Of a stretch of 33,764 bases of DNA, positions 32,753 through 33,764 are shown one piece after another; the first letter of the stretch is position 1, and each line of letters starts with the position of its first letter. Under the pieces are notes generated by a model, which did not search any database, was not told the origin of the DNA, and saw only the letters and a list, made by a program, of their open reading frames with translations. A program made the translations under genes and the position numbers. The DNA is from a virus (Duplodnaviria; Caudoviricetes): IMG/VR virus record IMGVR_UViG_3300048670_000723, positions 1-33,764 of that record; one strand, 5' to 3'.

Positions 32753-33764
32753 TAGACTGCCCTCCCTGTTGACGCCCTACGCCCAGCCCCTGGAATAGCG
32801 CCGACCTCTGCGGTAACTGCGTTGATAATGATGCCACTATTGTTTGCTGTGTGTGATAGTTCGATTTGCATTGTCTCACATTTTTGCTTGCTTGGCCTTA
32901 TCTCGAGGCTCATTTTATTGCCTGACACTAGTGCAGTCTGTGCAATGGTCTGCGTGTCTGTTGCCGTAGTGTTGGCGTCAAAGTAATTTTTAACCGTCAC
33001 AGTGCCCGCTTCGTCAGCAAGACTGCGCCCGGTAGCTAGGATTTTATAGACGCGCTGGTAGCCTTGTATTCCCGCAAATTGGAACTGCCCAAGCTTGATG
33101 AGCTGCTGATAATTTGACGCGTCATCCTGCCAGGTGCCTGCAGTGAGTTTGAGAATCTTTGTTGTGTTGATGAGATACAGCACGCCCGATTCATAAAGAA
33201 TATCGACCGGGTTTGTTACGGTCCATTCGTACCATGAGCCTGTTGTAATAAAGAACGCCCAAAGCTTTGTTGATGACAGAAAATAGACGCAGTTATTAAC
33301 CGGGTTATATGCCGAGCTAATGACCGTGCCTTCTGACTTGTACAATGGACGCCCGACAAAGCTAACATTCATTCCCTTATCAACAAGATAGATACCTTCC
33401 TGTGACTGGAAGAATACGCCTTGAGGAGTCTCAGTAATAGACCTGGCACTGATGCAACCCATGCCTTGGAAAATGACAGCGGGAGAGCTCCAGCCACCGA
33501 TAAGGTTTTCGCCAGGTCCGTCGCCCACAATGACCATCACGCAGAACTCTTTGAACACTACAACCTTGTCATCGAGTGCAGCGGTGCCCACAAGAGCGCC
33601 GTATGACCGGCCTACATTAATAGTTAGCAAGTCAGAGAACTGGGGAATAAAGCCGTCGCGCAACTCTTTGGAGAACCAGAGCGTATCGGCTGATCCCGTC
33701 TCAAAGGTCCATAGTCTATTCTTTGCTGCGCCAATCCAGTTGCTATTAGGCGGGTTGATGTTCT
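32752..33764 (-). CDS. Tail nozzle / tail tubular protein B-like, C-terminal part (open at the window end)
   Basis: Frame stays open upstream of 33663 (NINPPNSNWIGAAKNRLW..LWFSKE). Beta-propeller-like GCISARSITETPQGVFFQSQEGIYLV and GIQGYQRVY motifs. Confidence 0.78.
   Translation of the reverse strand, partial: NINPPNSNWIGAAKNRLWTFETGSADTLWFSKELRDGFIPQFSDLLTINVGRSYGALVGTAALDDKVVVFKEFCVMVIVGDGPGENLIGGWSSPAVIFQGMGCISARSITETPQGVFFQSQEGIYLVDKGMNVSFVGRPLYKSEGTVISSAYNPVNNCVYFLSSTKLWAFFITTGSWYEWTVTNPVDILYESGVLYLINTTKILKLTAGTWQDDASNYQQLIKLGQFQFAGIQGYQRVYKILATGRSLADEAGTVTVKNYFDANTTATDTQTIAQTALVSGNKMSLEIRPSKQKCETMQIELSHTANNSGIIINAVTAEVGAIPGAGRRASTGRAV

Noticed and set aside
22391-32798. Many long plus-strand ORFs antisense to structural genes (e.g. 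23081-23653, 28721-29494)
   Set aside because: They are shadow frames of the real minus-strand genes, arising from codon bias, and lack RBS or domains.
1156-33663. Alternative genetic code
   Set aside because: Core genes are intact under the standard code, and TAA, TAG and TGA all occur as stops at tight gene junctions.

Overview
This window is a near-complete, circularly permuted genome of a small tailed dsDNA phage with a podovirus-type gene order. One tail gene is split across the two window ends, and a gap of 3n+1 bases separates the halves. The minus strand carries a packaging and structural operon: GNAT-like protein, terminase small and large subunits, portal, scaffold, major capsid, head-tail adaptor, tail nozzle, three ejection-type proteins, and two adaptor-plus-fibre modules. 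It also carries a lysis cassette, a Sak4/SSB/RecE-like recombination operon and a D5-like SF3 helicase with no recognisable primase domain. The plus strand carries a VRR-NUC nuclease followed by small accessory genes, including an HNH-AP2 endonuclease and two tandem DUF2829/Tad2-like genes. I recognised no integrase, DNA polymerase, tRNA or CRISPR array. The most unusual part is a ~515 bp non-coding region (14967-15482) with divergent promoters, a candidate multi-stem ncRNA and inverted pentamer arrays around an AT-rich core. Other highlights are a near-consensus sigma-28 (FliA) promoter, a lysozyme fused to an L,D-transpeptidase-like domain, and RBS-occluding hairpins at the capsid and endolysin genes. 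All family assignments come from motif recognition by eye and from synteny; no database searches were run.
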